Positions 38,841-48,437 of a stretch of 57,454 nt of DNA are shown here, in pieces. Each line of letters starts with the position of its first letter. Positions within the stretch are counted from its first letter, which is position 1. The notes below the pieces were generated by a model, which saw nothing but the letters and a program-made list of their open reading frames with translations, did not search any database and was not told the origin of the DNA. Origin of the DNA: Deltaproteobacteria bacterium (lineage in GTDB: Bacteria; Desulfobacterota; Dissulfuribacteria; Dissulfuribacterales; QOAL01); NCBI GenBank assembly GCA_015494395.1, contig WGBG01000160.1:1-57454 (forward strand), in the 5' to 3' direction. A program made the position numbers and the translations under genes.

Positions 38841-39467
38841 TCAGATCATGTTTCTCGTTTTCAGGAAATTCTTTATAACCTGTTCTCCGTTTTCCTTTTT
38901 GAACTTCTCAATAAGTATTTCTAATGTGTCATCATCAATCTTGTCGCTTAGCTTGTTGATTACCCTGTCTAGAATTGGAAAGCGATCAAGCACCTTGCGC
39001 GTGGTAATGGGCACTGCCAGGGAAGCCCCGGGTACCGGGCCTGATCCTTTTACAGGGCCCTTGTAACCGAAAGGTTTAAGAATAACCATGCCATACTGTT
39101 CCCTATAGTACTGTTTGACCAGTGAATATGTTTCGTCGGTGGAGCTTCCAACAAATTTTTTTGTGCCTTTTGTAACGGGTGATCCTATGTAACCGATGAA
39201 GATGTCTGCATCGCCTTTTTTTACCAGTTCAAAGCACTCTTCAGGGGTGGCCGCCTGTTTCAGCTCAATAGTGGTGCCTGTCCTTTCGTTAATAAAAACG
39301 GCAAGCATCTGCCCTAATATATTTTGATCTGTGGTGTCATAAATTGCCACATGAAGTACCCTGCCTACACAGCTAAAGGTATCGGATGGTTGTATCAGTT
39401 GGATAAGAGGCATGGTTAACATGAGGCATGTCAGGAGCAGTTTGAATCTGTTCATTAATTCCTCCAT
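38841..39467 (-). CDS. OpuAC/glycine-betaine-binding-like periplasmic protein (short)
   Basis: Signal peptide then CVGR; IL.QML..FINERTGT, DI.IGY, VK.YY.EQYG.V.LKPFG. Confidence 0.65.
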   Translation of the reverse strand: MEELMNRFKLLLTCLMLTMPLIQLIQPSDTFSCVGRVLHVAIYDTTDQNILGQMLAVFINERTGTTIELKQAATPEECFELVKKGDADIFIGYIGSPVTKGTKKFVGSSTDETYSLVKQYYREQYGMVILKPFGYKGPVKGSGPVPGASLAVPITTRKVLDRFPILDRVINKLSDKIDDDTLEILIEKFKKENGEQVIKNFLKTRNMI

Positions 39468-39552
39468 ATAATCAGCCAGTAAGTTATTGGCTGTATGTTT
39501 TTAGAATAATTCGAGGGAGTGTTTGTGCTGTCCCGATTCAAGAACAACTGTA

Positions 39553-40932
39553 TTATATCACCCCTCTAAATTTCCACCACATGAGATCAAGCGGGAATAA
39601 AACCAGAATGGTTATAACGGCAAGAACAAGGCAGCATTTTAACGCTGGGGTAAATTTTTCGTCTGCAATTTGCATGCCTACTACTATGGGCGGGGCCTGG
39701 TATGGGAAAAATACCGTTGCAAAACCTACTACCTGAAGCATTATTATGTTCTCAATACTGAAGCCCGTAGCCCTGGCAAGTGGTTCGGAAAAAGGTGTAA
39801 AAACTGCTGGAATTCCGGGCAGGGTGGTAAAAATTCCTGTTGTTGCCGCGGCAAGGCTTACCGACATGAAATTTATGAAATTCTTGCCCGGCGCCAGGGG
39901 CAGGAATTTAATAAGCTCGCCAGCCAGAGCATGGCCAAGCCCTGATTTGTTGATCAGGGCACCCAGGCCAAGGATTCCTGCCACAAAGATAATAGATGCC
40001 CAGTTCATCTTTTCGTTAAACACCTTGGCAGGCACCACTGATATTCCAGGAAGCATGAGAAATACAGCTCCAGCCATAGCGATCCAGGCTGGAGAAATAT
40101 GGTGCAGGAAATCCGTTGCCCATAGTATCAGCATGACTATCAAAACAGTCGATAGCATCTTTTCCTTGGATGACAACGGGTTATTGTTTTTATAGGAATC
40201 CATCTCATTTTTCTCTGAGGGCGTGTCCGGAAAGAGCCATACAATTATGGCTGTGATGAGCAGAGCCTTTAAAAATCCCATAATGGGGAAGTGAAGCATC
40301 AAGTAGGGGCCGTAAAGCAGGGAAATGTGAAACTGGCTTTCTGTCATCCCTGCCAGGACCATGTTTGGAACATTTGCCGGAAGAATTGCAAAAGCCGGTA
40401 TGAATGAACCCAGGATTACCGCAAGTATTACACCAGTTCTGCCCCGGGTATTTTGGGAAAATCCAAAATGTTCTGCCATGGATGATGCTATGGGTGTCAA
40501 GAGAACGGCCCGGCCCATGGCAGACGGCATTACAAAGCTGAACATCACGCCACCTGCAACCAGCCCTGCAATGATACCACTGTATCTGCCGTGCAGGTTA
40601 TGGGCAATTATTCTTGCTACCCTCTTCCCAAGACCCGTGGTGTTGATTCCAATACCAAGTATCAGGCCGCCAAATATGAGCCATACTGCTGACGAGGTAA
40701 AACCTGAAAATATGGTTCCTGCCGGTGCAAGGGAGAGTAGCATACTTACAACGAAAAAGCATAGTGATGTCATAAACTCCGGGATAATGCCTGTTGCCCA
40801 GAAACAGATTGTGAGTACTGAGATGGCTGCAACCATGGTTTGGTGGAATGTAAGTATCTTGGGGGGGAGAAGGAGTAAGAGGGTAGACGATGCGATCACC
40901 AGTGCTATGACGGCATATTTGAATTTAAGCAT
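39553..40932 (-). CDS. SLC13/DASS family anion transporter
   Basis: WATG.IPE, FSGFTS, TGLGKR, MPSAMGR, LPANVPN, PYQAPP; about 12 TM segments. Confidence 0.88.
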   Translation of the reverse strand: MLKFKYAVIALVIASSTLLLLLPPKILTFHQTMVAAISVLTICFWATGIIPEFMTSLCFFVVSMLLSLAPAGTIFSGFTSSAVWLIFGGLILGIGINTTGLGKRVARIIAHNLHGRYSGIIAGLVAGGVMFSFVMPSAMGRAVLLTPIASSMAEHFGFSQNTRGRTGVILAVILGSFIPAFAILPANVPNMVLAGMTESQFHISLLYGPYLMLHFPIMGFLKALLITAIIVWLFPDTPSEKNEMDSYKNNNPLSSKEKMLSTVLIVMLILWATDFLHHISPAWIAMAGAVFLMLPGISVVPAKVFNEKMNWASIIFVAGILGLGALINKSGLGHALAGELIKFLPLAPGKNFINFMSVSLAAATTGIFTTLPGIPAVFTPFSEPLARATGFSIENIIMLQVVGFATVFFPYQAPPIVVGMQIADEKFTPALKCCLVLAVITILVLFPLDLMWWKFRGVI

Positions 40933-41132
40933 GGGTTATAAACACGTCAAACTTGATCTTTGGAGAGAGTACTCCTAAGCGCTTTGGGTTAGGCAGGCCG
41001 AAATTTGGAATGAGGATATATAATAAAGTTTTTGAGTCCAGGCAACACAAAAAGTGAAATTTGAAAAAACTATTGAGAATATGGGAGTTCTTTGGTAAAA
41101 AGCTGAATGTCCATTGCAATGATGGATATTTA

Positions 41133-41152
41133 AGCCACTAATTATAGTGGCT
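41133..41152. promoter_or_regulatory. Palindromic operator candidate in the divergent intergenic region
   Basis: AGCCACTA-ATTA-TAGTGGCT between the DASS gene and the EPS operon. Confidence 0.35.
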
Positions 41153-41230
41153 GGGGGAGAAGTGATTCTGCCGCATATAATATTGTGAAGATGGCTATTC
41201 TTCTCATTGATGTGGCAGGGCAGGAGAGAG

Positions 41231-42667
41231 ATGAGAGAATCTTCAGGAGATTATAGTAGCCTTAATGTGCTGTGGAGTTTGCTCAAGCGGCACAGAAAGG
41301 GCATGTTAATCGTATTTGCAGTTGTCATGCTGCTGACGATTCTTGTGACTTTTCTTCAGACACCTATCTATGTTGCTGATTCCCGCATACTGATAAGATA
41401 CGGCAGGGAATACACATACCGCCCAGTGGATCCGATTTTAAGGGGAGAGGTACAACCCCTTGTTTCATTTAATCGTGAGGAGATCCTTAATACGGAGATC
41501 CAGATCTTTACAAGCGCTGAACTTATTCAAAAGGTTATATCTACCATTGGTATTGAAACACTCTTTCCCAAGCTGGCAGAAAAAGGTGGTGATTCACAGA
41601 CACTCATGGCTCGTGCTGTGGCGCGTTTCAGAAAGAAACTCACGGTGCAGCAGATTAAGGGGGCAGGGGTTCTGCGCGTGTCCTATGAAGACTCCAATCC
41701 GGATATAACAGTCAAAGTAGTAGATCTGCTGATAGATTATTTCAAGGAGAGGCACCTTGAGGTTTTTAAGGATCCACGCATGCCGTTTCTTGAGAATCAG
41801 CTTGCCGTTTACAGAAAAAAACTTGAGCAGGCAAAAAAGAAACTTCAGGCATTCATGGCAAAGCACCATATTATCTCCTTGAAAGATCAGCAGAAACTTT
41901 TGCTCGAACAATACAAGGAAATAAGTACCCTTATTGTTCAGGGCGATAGTTATCTTCATTCCCTTGATGAAAAGATAGCCTCTCTTACGTCCATTATTAA
42001 ATCTGTGAAACCCGAGGCGGTGCTTTCGGATGAAAAGGGCACCAATAATGATGTAAATACTGCACGAGCACAGCTCCTTACATTAAAGCTCAGGGAAAAG
42101 GATCTTCTTCAAAAGTATAAGGGAAACAACAGACTGGTAAAAAAGGTTCGGGAACAGATTGAAATAGTAGAGGATTTTCTGGCTAATCAGCCGGTTGGTA
42201 ATAATGAAAGAGTTAGAACCGGAATTAATCCTCTGCATCATTTTGTTGAGCAGGCACTAGTTGAAGCCCGGGTGCAGAAAAATTCACAGTTAGCCAAGAA
42301 TGAGGCACTGAAGAAAAAACTGGAAGGTATTGCATCTGATCTAGAAAAATACGGTGATGTAGAGCCTGAGCTCAATATGCTCATGAAAGATGTAGAAATA
42401 ACAGAATCAAATTACGAGAATTTTGTTGCCAAACTGGAGGAAACCCGGATTCTAGAGGCAATGGATACTCATAAGATAGTGAATGTGGTTGTTATTGAAA
42501 AGCCTATAAAACCAATTAAGCCAGTAAAACCTAAGAAAAAGATCAATCTGCTGGTGGGAATCATACTGGGTGCGGCGTTAAGTTTGGCCTATGCGCTGTT
42601 TTATGACCATCTTTTTAGACCATGGAAAGTGAAACAGGATACCAGGAAATATGTCACGTTTTCCTGA
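41231..42667 (+). CDS. Polysaccharide co-polymerase (Wzz/GumC-like)
   Basis: Two TMs flanking a coiled-coil; TPIY.A, NTEIQI, P.KPVKPKK; start after AGGAG. Confidence 0.9.
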   Translation: MRESSGDYSSLNVLWSLLKRHRKGMLIVFAVVMLLTILVTFLQTPIYVADSRILIRYGREYTYRPVDPILRGEVQPLVSFNREEILNTEIQIFTSAELIQKVISTIGIETLFPKLAEKGGDSQTLMARAVARFRKKLTVQQIKGAGVLRVSYEDSNPDITVKVVDLLIDYFKERHLEVFKDPRMPFLENQLAVYRKKLEQAKKKLQAFMAKHHIISLKDQQKLLLEQYKEISTLIVQGDSYLHSLDEKIASLTSIIKSVKPEAVLSDEKGTNNDVNTARAQLLTLKLREKDLLQKYKGNNRLVKKVREQIEIVEDFLANQPVGNNERVRTGINPLHHFVEQALVEARVQKNSQLAKNEALKKKLEGIASDLEKYGDVEPELNMLMKDVEITESNYENFVAKLEETRILEAMDTHKIVNVVVIEKPIKPIKPVKPKKKINLLVGIILGAALSLAYALFYDHLFRPWKVKQDTRKYVTFS

Positions 42668-43439
42668 AAACATAAATTACAGCCGTTGTTATCGTCCTTA
42701 TTTGACGGCATTCGGTATTTGTGAGATGTGCAGGATATTTATGGTGATGCTGGCAGCAGTTATTCTGCAGGGATGTTCAGCCAGAATCCAGCAACCGGTT
42801 ATGTTGACTCAGCCTGGAATGCCGCCCCAGCCTGCACCGTCTGTTAGCAGGGCCATGCCAAAGTATGTGATTCACCCCGGCGATGAGCTTCAGATAAAGT
42901 TCTTCTACAATAAGGAACTTAATGAAGAGGTGGTTGTGCGGCCTGATGGCAGAATTTCCCTGCAGCTTGTTCATGATGTGATGGCAGCAGGTCTTTTCCC
43001 ATCGGAATTGGTCAAGGTATTGACAGAAAAATATGATTCATACCTATCAAATCCAGAATTAACGGTAATAGTAAAGAAATTTGAAGCCCAGAAGGTGTAC
43101 GTAGACGGTGAGGTGCAAAAACCGGGCGTTGTGAAGATAGATGGTTATCTTAATGTACTTCAGGCAATCGCCATGGCCGGGGGGATGAAAGATACTGCCA
43201 TAGAAGATGAAATCCTCATTATACGTCATAGTGGCTTAGCAAAACCATCTGTTCTAAGGGTGGATATGGAAAAGGTCCTTGAAGGATCCGATACGTCTCA
43301 GAATATTACGCTTCAGGCATATGACATTGTTTACGTGCCCAAATCAGTTATCGCCAATGTCAACACATGGGTTGATCTCTATATACGAAAGAACATCCCC
43401 ATCAACTTCAGCTTTGCTGTTTATAAGCCGGTATTTTAG
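42651..43439 (+). CDS. wza: Polysaccharide export outer-membrane lipoprotein (Wza-like)
   Basis: LQGC lipobox; YVIHPGD, VRPDGRISL, GEVQKPG, AIAMAGG, DIVYVP; the true start is probably downstream. Confidence 0.88.
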   Translation: MSRFPENINYSRCYRPYLTAFGICEMCRIFMVMLAAVILQGCSARIQQPVMLTQPGMPPQPAPSVSRAMPKYVIHPGDELQIKFFYNKELNEEVVVRPDGRISLQLVHDVMAAGLFPSELVKVLTEKYDSYLSNPELTVIVKKFEAQKVYVDGEVQKPGVVKIDGYLNVLQAIAMAGGMKDTAIEDEILIIRHSGLAKPSVLRVDMEKVLEGSDTSQNITLQAYDIVYVPKSVIANVNTWVDLYIRKNIPINFSFAVYKPVF

Positions 43440-43542
43440 CCGCGAGGGGTGTTGACTGCACTGTTCCTTTTTCAGGCGAATCCGTAACTGTTCGTGCTCT
43501 CCAGTCTTGGAGATGCTGCCCCCTGTGTGCATACATCTTTTA

Positions 43543-43750
43543 CCTAGATTGAGCGATTGTCGGATTTACTGCAGATCCGCGAAAGAGGAATTCCCATAAT
43601 AGTCGGCTATATGGGGATTCCTCTGACAAAGGAGATGCAGTAAATACGGCAATCCCGAAGGGTTTCAAGGCTGGAAAGCTATAATCGACATAACTCCTTT
43701 TAATTCCGTTAAAACAACATTTGTCCAGATTTTGAAACGCTCAATCTAAG
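43543..43750. mobile_element. MITE family A, copy 3
   Basis: TIRs CCTAGATTGAGCG / CGCTCAATCTAAG; flanks TTTTA / GTTTA (4 of 5 match). Confidence 0.88.
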
Positions 43751-43762
43751 GTTTAATCTTTT

Positions 43763-43988
43763 GTATATATTCAGCGTGGTAAATGGTCTTGTTTTGGAGT
43801 GACTATGAAGAATTTCGTAGTTTTTCTTGGCGAAGCGCAGCCACAAAAATCGCGTCTGTCTGAGCGAGGAACGAGCGAGTTTCGCGATTTTGGCGGAGTA
43901 AGCCTTAGAAAAACAAGAAATTGTTCACCGGAACGGAAAAACAAGACCTTTTACCAACCTTCATTAAAAAAATACGCTAAACAGTTAC
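43763..43988. mobile_element. MITE family B, copy 2 (opposite orientation to copy 1)
   Basis: GTATATATTCAGCG ... CGCTAAACAGTTAC; flanks AATCTTTT / AGTCTTTT (7 of 8 match). Confidence 0.88.
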
Positions 43989-44071
43989 AGTCTTTTTTGA
44001 GTCATACTTCCTCGTTTAGCAGTTGTGTCCTTTGAAGGGCAGGTTGACTGTCTGATTCTGTTTTTTAATTT

Positions 44072-44088
44072 TCGGCACAAAAAATGCA
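44072..44088 (+). promoter_or_regulatory. Sigma54 (-24/-12) promoter candidate
   Basis: TCGGCAC-AAAAAA-TGCA with exact GG-N10-GC spacing, about 110 nt upstream of the sugar transferase. Confidence 0.55.
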
Positions 44089-44195
44089 TATTTACAATCT
44101 TTTGTTGTATTTTTTGGTGTATGGCTAAGCAATAACCGCGCCTTCTTTTACTTTGAGCTCTCAGAGTTGAGCCATTTTCGGATAAAAACGATTAT

Positions 44196-45635
44196 ATGCA
44201 GCAATACAGATTTCAGCTACTGTTAAGATATTTTCAGGTAATAGATCTTCTATGTGTAGTCTTTGCCTTTGGGGTTGCTACAATTGCTGTCAATTGGCGC
44301 ATGGGGGAGTTCTCCCTGGAAGAGTTTCTGGCCATGCGCATCAGCCTTGATAACTTAATTCTATTTCTTGCGCTTGTACTTTCCTGGCACATTGTTTTTT
44401 CCCTCTACGGCCTTTATGAAACCGGAAGACTCTCCTCCCGGTGGGCAGAGGCAAGGGATATCTTAAAATCGGTGACTGTTAATACAGTGGTACTGTTTGT
44501 TGCCTCAGGCATATTTGACGTAATTATGGTAACACCCTTGTTTTTGGCGGTGTTCTGGCTGGTTTCCGGGGTGATGATGGTGCTCACCAGAAATATTATA
44601 CGAATTGTTCTAGCCAGGACAGGGGGCATGGGTATAACTCGAGAAAGACTTCTGATGGTTGGCACTAACAGCCGGGCAATCAATTTTGCCAAGCGGCTCT
44701 TGTCAAACAGACACCAGAACTATGAACTTCTTGGATTTGCCGATACCAAGTGGGTAAATGGCGCTGATGAAGAGTTTAAAAGGCGATATCCCCTGATTCC
44801 TCTAGGATGTCTGCCTGCATATTTAAGGGGAAATGTGGTGGATGAAGTTGTGCTCTGTCTGCCTGTAAAATCATCATACTCAAAATATAATGAGATAATA
44901 GGGCTGTGCGTAGAGCAGGGGATTACAGTCCGGATACTGGCAGATTTCTTTTTTGTAAGCCTTGCAAAATCAAAACTTGAGTATTTTGAAGACAATGCTG
45001 TAATGACCCTTTTTACCGGGAATATGAACTCGGGCTTCCTGATCATTAAGAGGATAATTGATATAGCCGTTTCTTCAGTCTTGCTGCTTGCGCTTTCACC
45101 TGTTTTTGCCCTGACTGCACTGGCCGTCAAGCTTACCTCGCCAGGTCCGGTCTTTTTTGTTCAGAAGAGGCTGGGGTTGAACAAGCGTCTTTTCAAGCTA
45201 TATAAATTCCGTACCATGGTGGAGAATGCCGAGGAGCTTCAAAAAGAGCTTGAGGCCCTTAATGAGGCAGATGGCCCGGTTTTTAAAATCAGGAATGATC
45301 CACGGGTTACACCAATAGGCCGGTTCCTCAGAAAAAGCAGTATTGATGAACTGCCCCAGCTTTTTAATGTGCTAAAGGGTGATATGAGCCTGGTAGGACC
45401 AAGACCTTTACCTGTAAGAGATTATAATGAATTTGACAAGCACTGGTTTAACAGGCGTTTCAGTGTACGTCCCGGTATAACATGTCTTTGGCAGATAAGC
45501 GGCCGCAGTAATATATCCTTTACACAGTGGATAGAGATGGATCTTAAATATATTGATAACTGGTCGCTTGGGCTTGATTTTAGGATTCTGCTCAAGACAA
45601 TTCCGGTTGTGCTTTCCGGAAAAGGAGCCGTGTGA
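44196..45635 (+). CDS. Undecaprenyl-phosphate sugar phosphotransferase (WcaJ/CpsE-like priming GT)
   Basis: KRIIDI, YKFRTM, DPRVT.IGRFLRKSSIDELPQLFNVLKGDMSLVGPRP, PGIT. Confidence 0.95.
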   Translation: MQQYRFQLLLRYFQVIDLLCVVFAFGVATIAVNWRMGEFSLEEFLAMRISLDNLILFLALVLSWHIVFSLYGLYETGRLSSRWAEARDILKSVTVNTVVLFVASGIFDVIMVTPLFLAVFWLVSGVMMVLTRNIIRIVLARTGGMGITRERLLMVGTNSRAINFAKRLLSNRHQNYELLGFADTKWVNGADEEFKRRYPLIPLGCLPAYLRGNVVDEVVLCLPVKSSYSKYNEIIGLCVEQGITVRILADFFFVSLAKSKLEYFEDNAVMTLFTGNMNSGFLIIKRIIDIAVSSVLLLALSPVFALTALAVKLTSPGPVFFVQKRLGLNKRLFKLYKFRTMVENAEELQKELEALNEADGPVFKIRNDPRVTPIGRFLRKSSIDELPQLFNVLKGDMSLVGPRPLPVRDYNEFDKHWFNRRFSVRPGITCLWQISGRSNISFTQWIEMDLKYIDNWSLGLDFRILLKTIPVVLSGKGAV

Positions 45636-45848
45636 GGTGTTGAGCCTGAATGTAACTGCTTGGCCCTTTCATGAGAATTCTTATAGCGGAAAATACTTTT
45701 TATGTAACGTAGCTACTCACAGGGTGCTGCAGATGCAAGGCGGAGGGGGTGAAGGCGTATTCCCTGTACTTCGATTCCCCGACAACAAAGCAGATGCGGT
45801 ACCATGTGAGTAGATACGCCGTAATGTCTGTATGGAGATGTGCCATAA

Positions 45849-47312
45849 ATGAAGATAATGATCGCTTATCCCCGGCTTGAAGGTAAGGGGAGCCCTATGC
45901 TTACCCAGAACAGGCAGTTTCAGTGGATGAGTATTGGTTCATACATCTATCCGTTGGTAACCGCGTCTGCCGCCACTTTGCTGGACAGGTCCGGCCACGA
46001 TGTGATCTGGTATGATGGCATTGCAGAAGGCCTTCCGTACAGCCATTTCCTTGAGACAGTGGAGCATGAACGCCCTGATCTGGTGGCAATGGAGACAAAG
46101 ACCCCTGTGGTCAAGCTCCATTGGGATATCGTCAGAGACATAAAGCAGAGGACGCCAGATGTGCGTACCCTGCTTATGGGTGATCATGTGACAGCCCTCC
46201 CTGAGGAGTCCATGCACCAGGCACCGGTTGATTTTGTTCTTACCGGCGGTGATTATGATTTTTCACTTCAAGACCTGGTAAACGCCCTCTCTGGACATGG
46301 GGACATGCCCAGGGGCATGTACTACAGGGATGGAGATACTGTAGGCAATACCGGGCACTTTGTGCTTGATGGCGACCTGAAATCCCTTCCCTTTATTGAC
46401 AGAGATCTTACAAAGGCCCATCTGTATTTTGAAAAATGGAAAAAACGTGAGCCCTTCAGATATACAATGGCAGGTAGGGACTGCCAGTGGGGTAAATGCA
46501 CCTTTTGTTCATGGACAACTACATTTCCCTCATTCAGGCGGCGTTCTGTGGAAAGTCTGCTGGATGAGATAGAGATGCTGGTTGACCACTATGGTGTGCG
46601 GGAGATCTTTGATGATACAGGTAACTTCCCGGCAGGAAGGTGGTTAAAGGAGTTTTGTGAAGGCATGATAGAAAGGGGGCTTAACAAGGAGATCCTCTTT
46701 TCATGCAACATGCGTTTTGATTTCCTTGTCAAGAATCCGGAGCTGCTGCCACTTATGAAAAGGGCCGGGTTCAGGAAGATGAAGTCCGGCCTTGAGTCTG
46801 CAAATCAGGCCACCCTTGACCGCATCAACAAAAACATAAAGGTGGAGCATATTGTGGAAGGGTGCCGCATGGCGTCTGAGGCAGGTATAGATATTCAACT
46901 GACCGTTATGGTGGGCTATCCCTGGGAAACACGTTCTGATGCGGTTCGTACCCTTGATCTTGCAAGAAGTCTTATGGCAAAGGGACATGCAGAGATGCTG
47001 CAAAGCACAGTTGTGGTTCCGTATCCTGGCACTCCCCTGTTTAAGGAGGCGGTGGAAAAGGGTTGGATACGGTTTTCGCCTGTAGATGCCTGGGAGCGTT
47101 ACGATATGACAGAACCAGTGCTTGTCACTCCTGATATGGAGGCTGAGGAGGTAATGAAGCTCTGCAGCGACATATACAAGTCCTTTATGACCCCGCGTTT
47201 TGTCTTGCGCCAGGTCATGAATGTAAGGAGCATGGAGGACCTTGGTTATCTGCTCAGGGGAGGAAAGGCAGTTCTGGGACACATCCTTGACTTTGCAAGG
47301 ATAAGAGCCTGA
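45849..47312 (+). CDS. B12-binding-domain radical SAM protein
   Basis: N-terminal cobalamin-binding domain (GDHVTALPEE, TGGDYD); CQWGKCTFC; GLESANQ, PYPGTPLF. Confidence 0.9.
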   Translation: MKIMIAYPRLEGKGSPMLTQNRQFQWMSIGSYIYPLVTASAATLLDRSGHDVIWYDGIAEGLPYSHFLETVEHERPDLVAMETKTPVVKLHWDIVRDIKQRTPDVRTLLMGDHVTALPEESMHQAPVDFVLTGGDYDFSLQDLVNALSGHGDMPRGMYYRDGDTVGNTGHFVLDGDLKSLPFIDRDLTKAHLYFEKWKKREPFRYTMAGRDCQWGKCTFCSWTTTFPSFRRRSVESLLDEIEMLVDHYGVREIFDDTGNFPAGRWLKEFCEGMIERGLNKEILFSCNMRFDFLVKNPELLPLMKRAGFRKMKSGLESANQATLDRINKNIKVEHIVEGCRMASEAGIDIQLTVMVGYPWETRSDAVRTLDLARSLMAKGHAEMLQSTVVVPYPGTPLFKEAVEKGWIRFSPVDAWERYDMTEPVLVTPDMEAEEVMKLCSDIYKSFMTPRFVLRQVMNVRSMEDLGYLLRGGKAVLGHILDFARIRA

Positions 47313-47313
47313 C

Positions 47314-48099
47314 GTGCAGGCAGGGATGCAGATGTCTGGATGTTGCAGCCCCAGGGATTGCATTGATTTTTTGGGTGTGTGCGTAGACAGGGTTGATACT
47401 TCTGCCCTTGTTGATGCAATTACCAGCTTTGCCCTGGGGCAGGAGCAGAAAACAGTGATGTATGTAAATGCCGACTGCATGCTCCTTTCCCAGAAAAATA
47501 ATAAGTATAGAGATGCCTTGAACCGCGCAAGTCTGGTTTATGCCGATGGCATAGGGGTTGTTCTTGGGGCGAGATTGTGGGGGCATCGCCTTCCTGGAAG
47601 GTCAACCGCTGCGGATTTTATCTATGATGTGTGCAGAAAGTGTGCTGTCAAGGATGTACCGATTTTCCTCCTTGGAGCAGCAGAAGGGGTGGCTAAAGAG
47701 GCTGCAGAGAGGCTTGTGCATAGGGTGCCAGGGCTTGATATAGCAGGTACCCATCACGGTTATTTTTCATCACAGGAAACAGACAGGATAATTGACATGA
47801 TTAACAGCAGTGGTGCAAAACTCCTTGTTGTGGGCTTTGGAGCCCCTAAACAGGAGTTGTGGATGCTCGAACATGCCTCAAGGCTTGCGCCACGCTGCCT
47901 TTGGGGGGTAGGTGGGCTTTTTGATTTCGTATCCGGCAGAACCGCCCGGGGTCCCCAGTGGCTGCTTGATAATGGCTTTGAGTGGCTGTGCCGGCTGGCA
48001 GTGGAGCCCCGAAGGCTCTGGAAGCGCTATATTCCGGGGAATATGCTGTTTGTGCTGACCGTGTTGAGGCACCGCCTTTTTGCCAGCCGTAAGCCATGA
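47314..48099 (+). CDS. WecB/TagA/CpsF family glycosyltransferase
   Basis: YADGIG, FLLGA, HHGYF, VGFGAPKQE, GVGGLFDF, EWLCRL..EPRRL..RY. Confidence 0.93.
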   Translation: MQAGMQMSGCCSPRDCIDFLGVCVDRVDTSALVDAITSFALGQEQKTVMYVNADCMLLSQKNNKYRDALNRASLVYADGIGVVLGARLWGHRLPGRSTAADFIYDVCRKCAVKDVPIFLLGAAEGVAKEAAERLVHRVPGLDIAGTHHGYFSSQETDRIIDMINSSGAKLLVVGFGAPKQELWMLEHASRLAPRCLWGVGGLFDFVSGRTARGPQWLLDNGFEWLCRLAVEPRRLWKRYIPGNMLFVLTVLRHRLFASRKP

Positions 48100-48170
48100 T
48101 AATGGTATGGCCGTTTTGGGAAATCATTATATTTCATGATGTATCCACCCTGACCGCCTCTTTTTATTTT

Positions 48171-48397
48171 GTAACTGTTCAGCGTATTGATGGTAATTGA
48201 GGTTAGTGAATGGTCTTGTTTTTCCGTTCCGGTGAACAATTTCTTGTTTTTCCAAGGCTTGCTACGCCAAAATCGCGAAACTCGCTCGTCCCTCGCTCAG
48301 ACAGACTCGATTTTTATGGCTGCGCTTCGCCAGGAAAAACTACGAAATTCTTCATAGTCACTCCAAAACAAGACCATTCACGAAGCTGAATAGATAC
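48171..48397. mobile_element. MITE family B, copy 3
   Basis: Nearly identical to copy 1; perfect 8-bp TSD TTTATTTT. Confidence 0.9.
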
Positions 48398-48437
48398 TTT
48401 ATTTTTTACAAATTCTTCTGAATATCCATTAACCAAG

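Noticed and set aside
27444-40932. Selenocysteine (UGA) read-through in the YedE/Ubl cluster
   Set aside because: The ORFs appear full length with Cys at motif positions, and the Ubl and GGCE proteins end in TAA; I saw no split gene needing UGA recoding
43543-43750. c-di-GMP-I riboswitch resemblance (CGAAAG...GACAAAG) in MITE A
   Set aside because: The stem arrangement does not fit, and the TIRs, TSDs and orientation-independent placement indicate a mobile element
46701-47480. Long antisense ORFs (259 aa here; also 12799-13419, 40361-40978, 56698-57240)
   Set aside because: They are shadows of well-supported genes on the opposite strand and have no motifs
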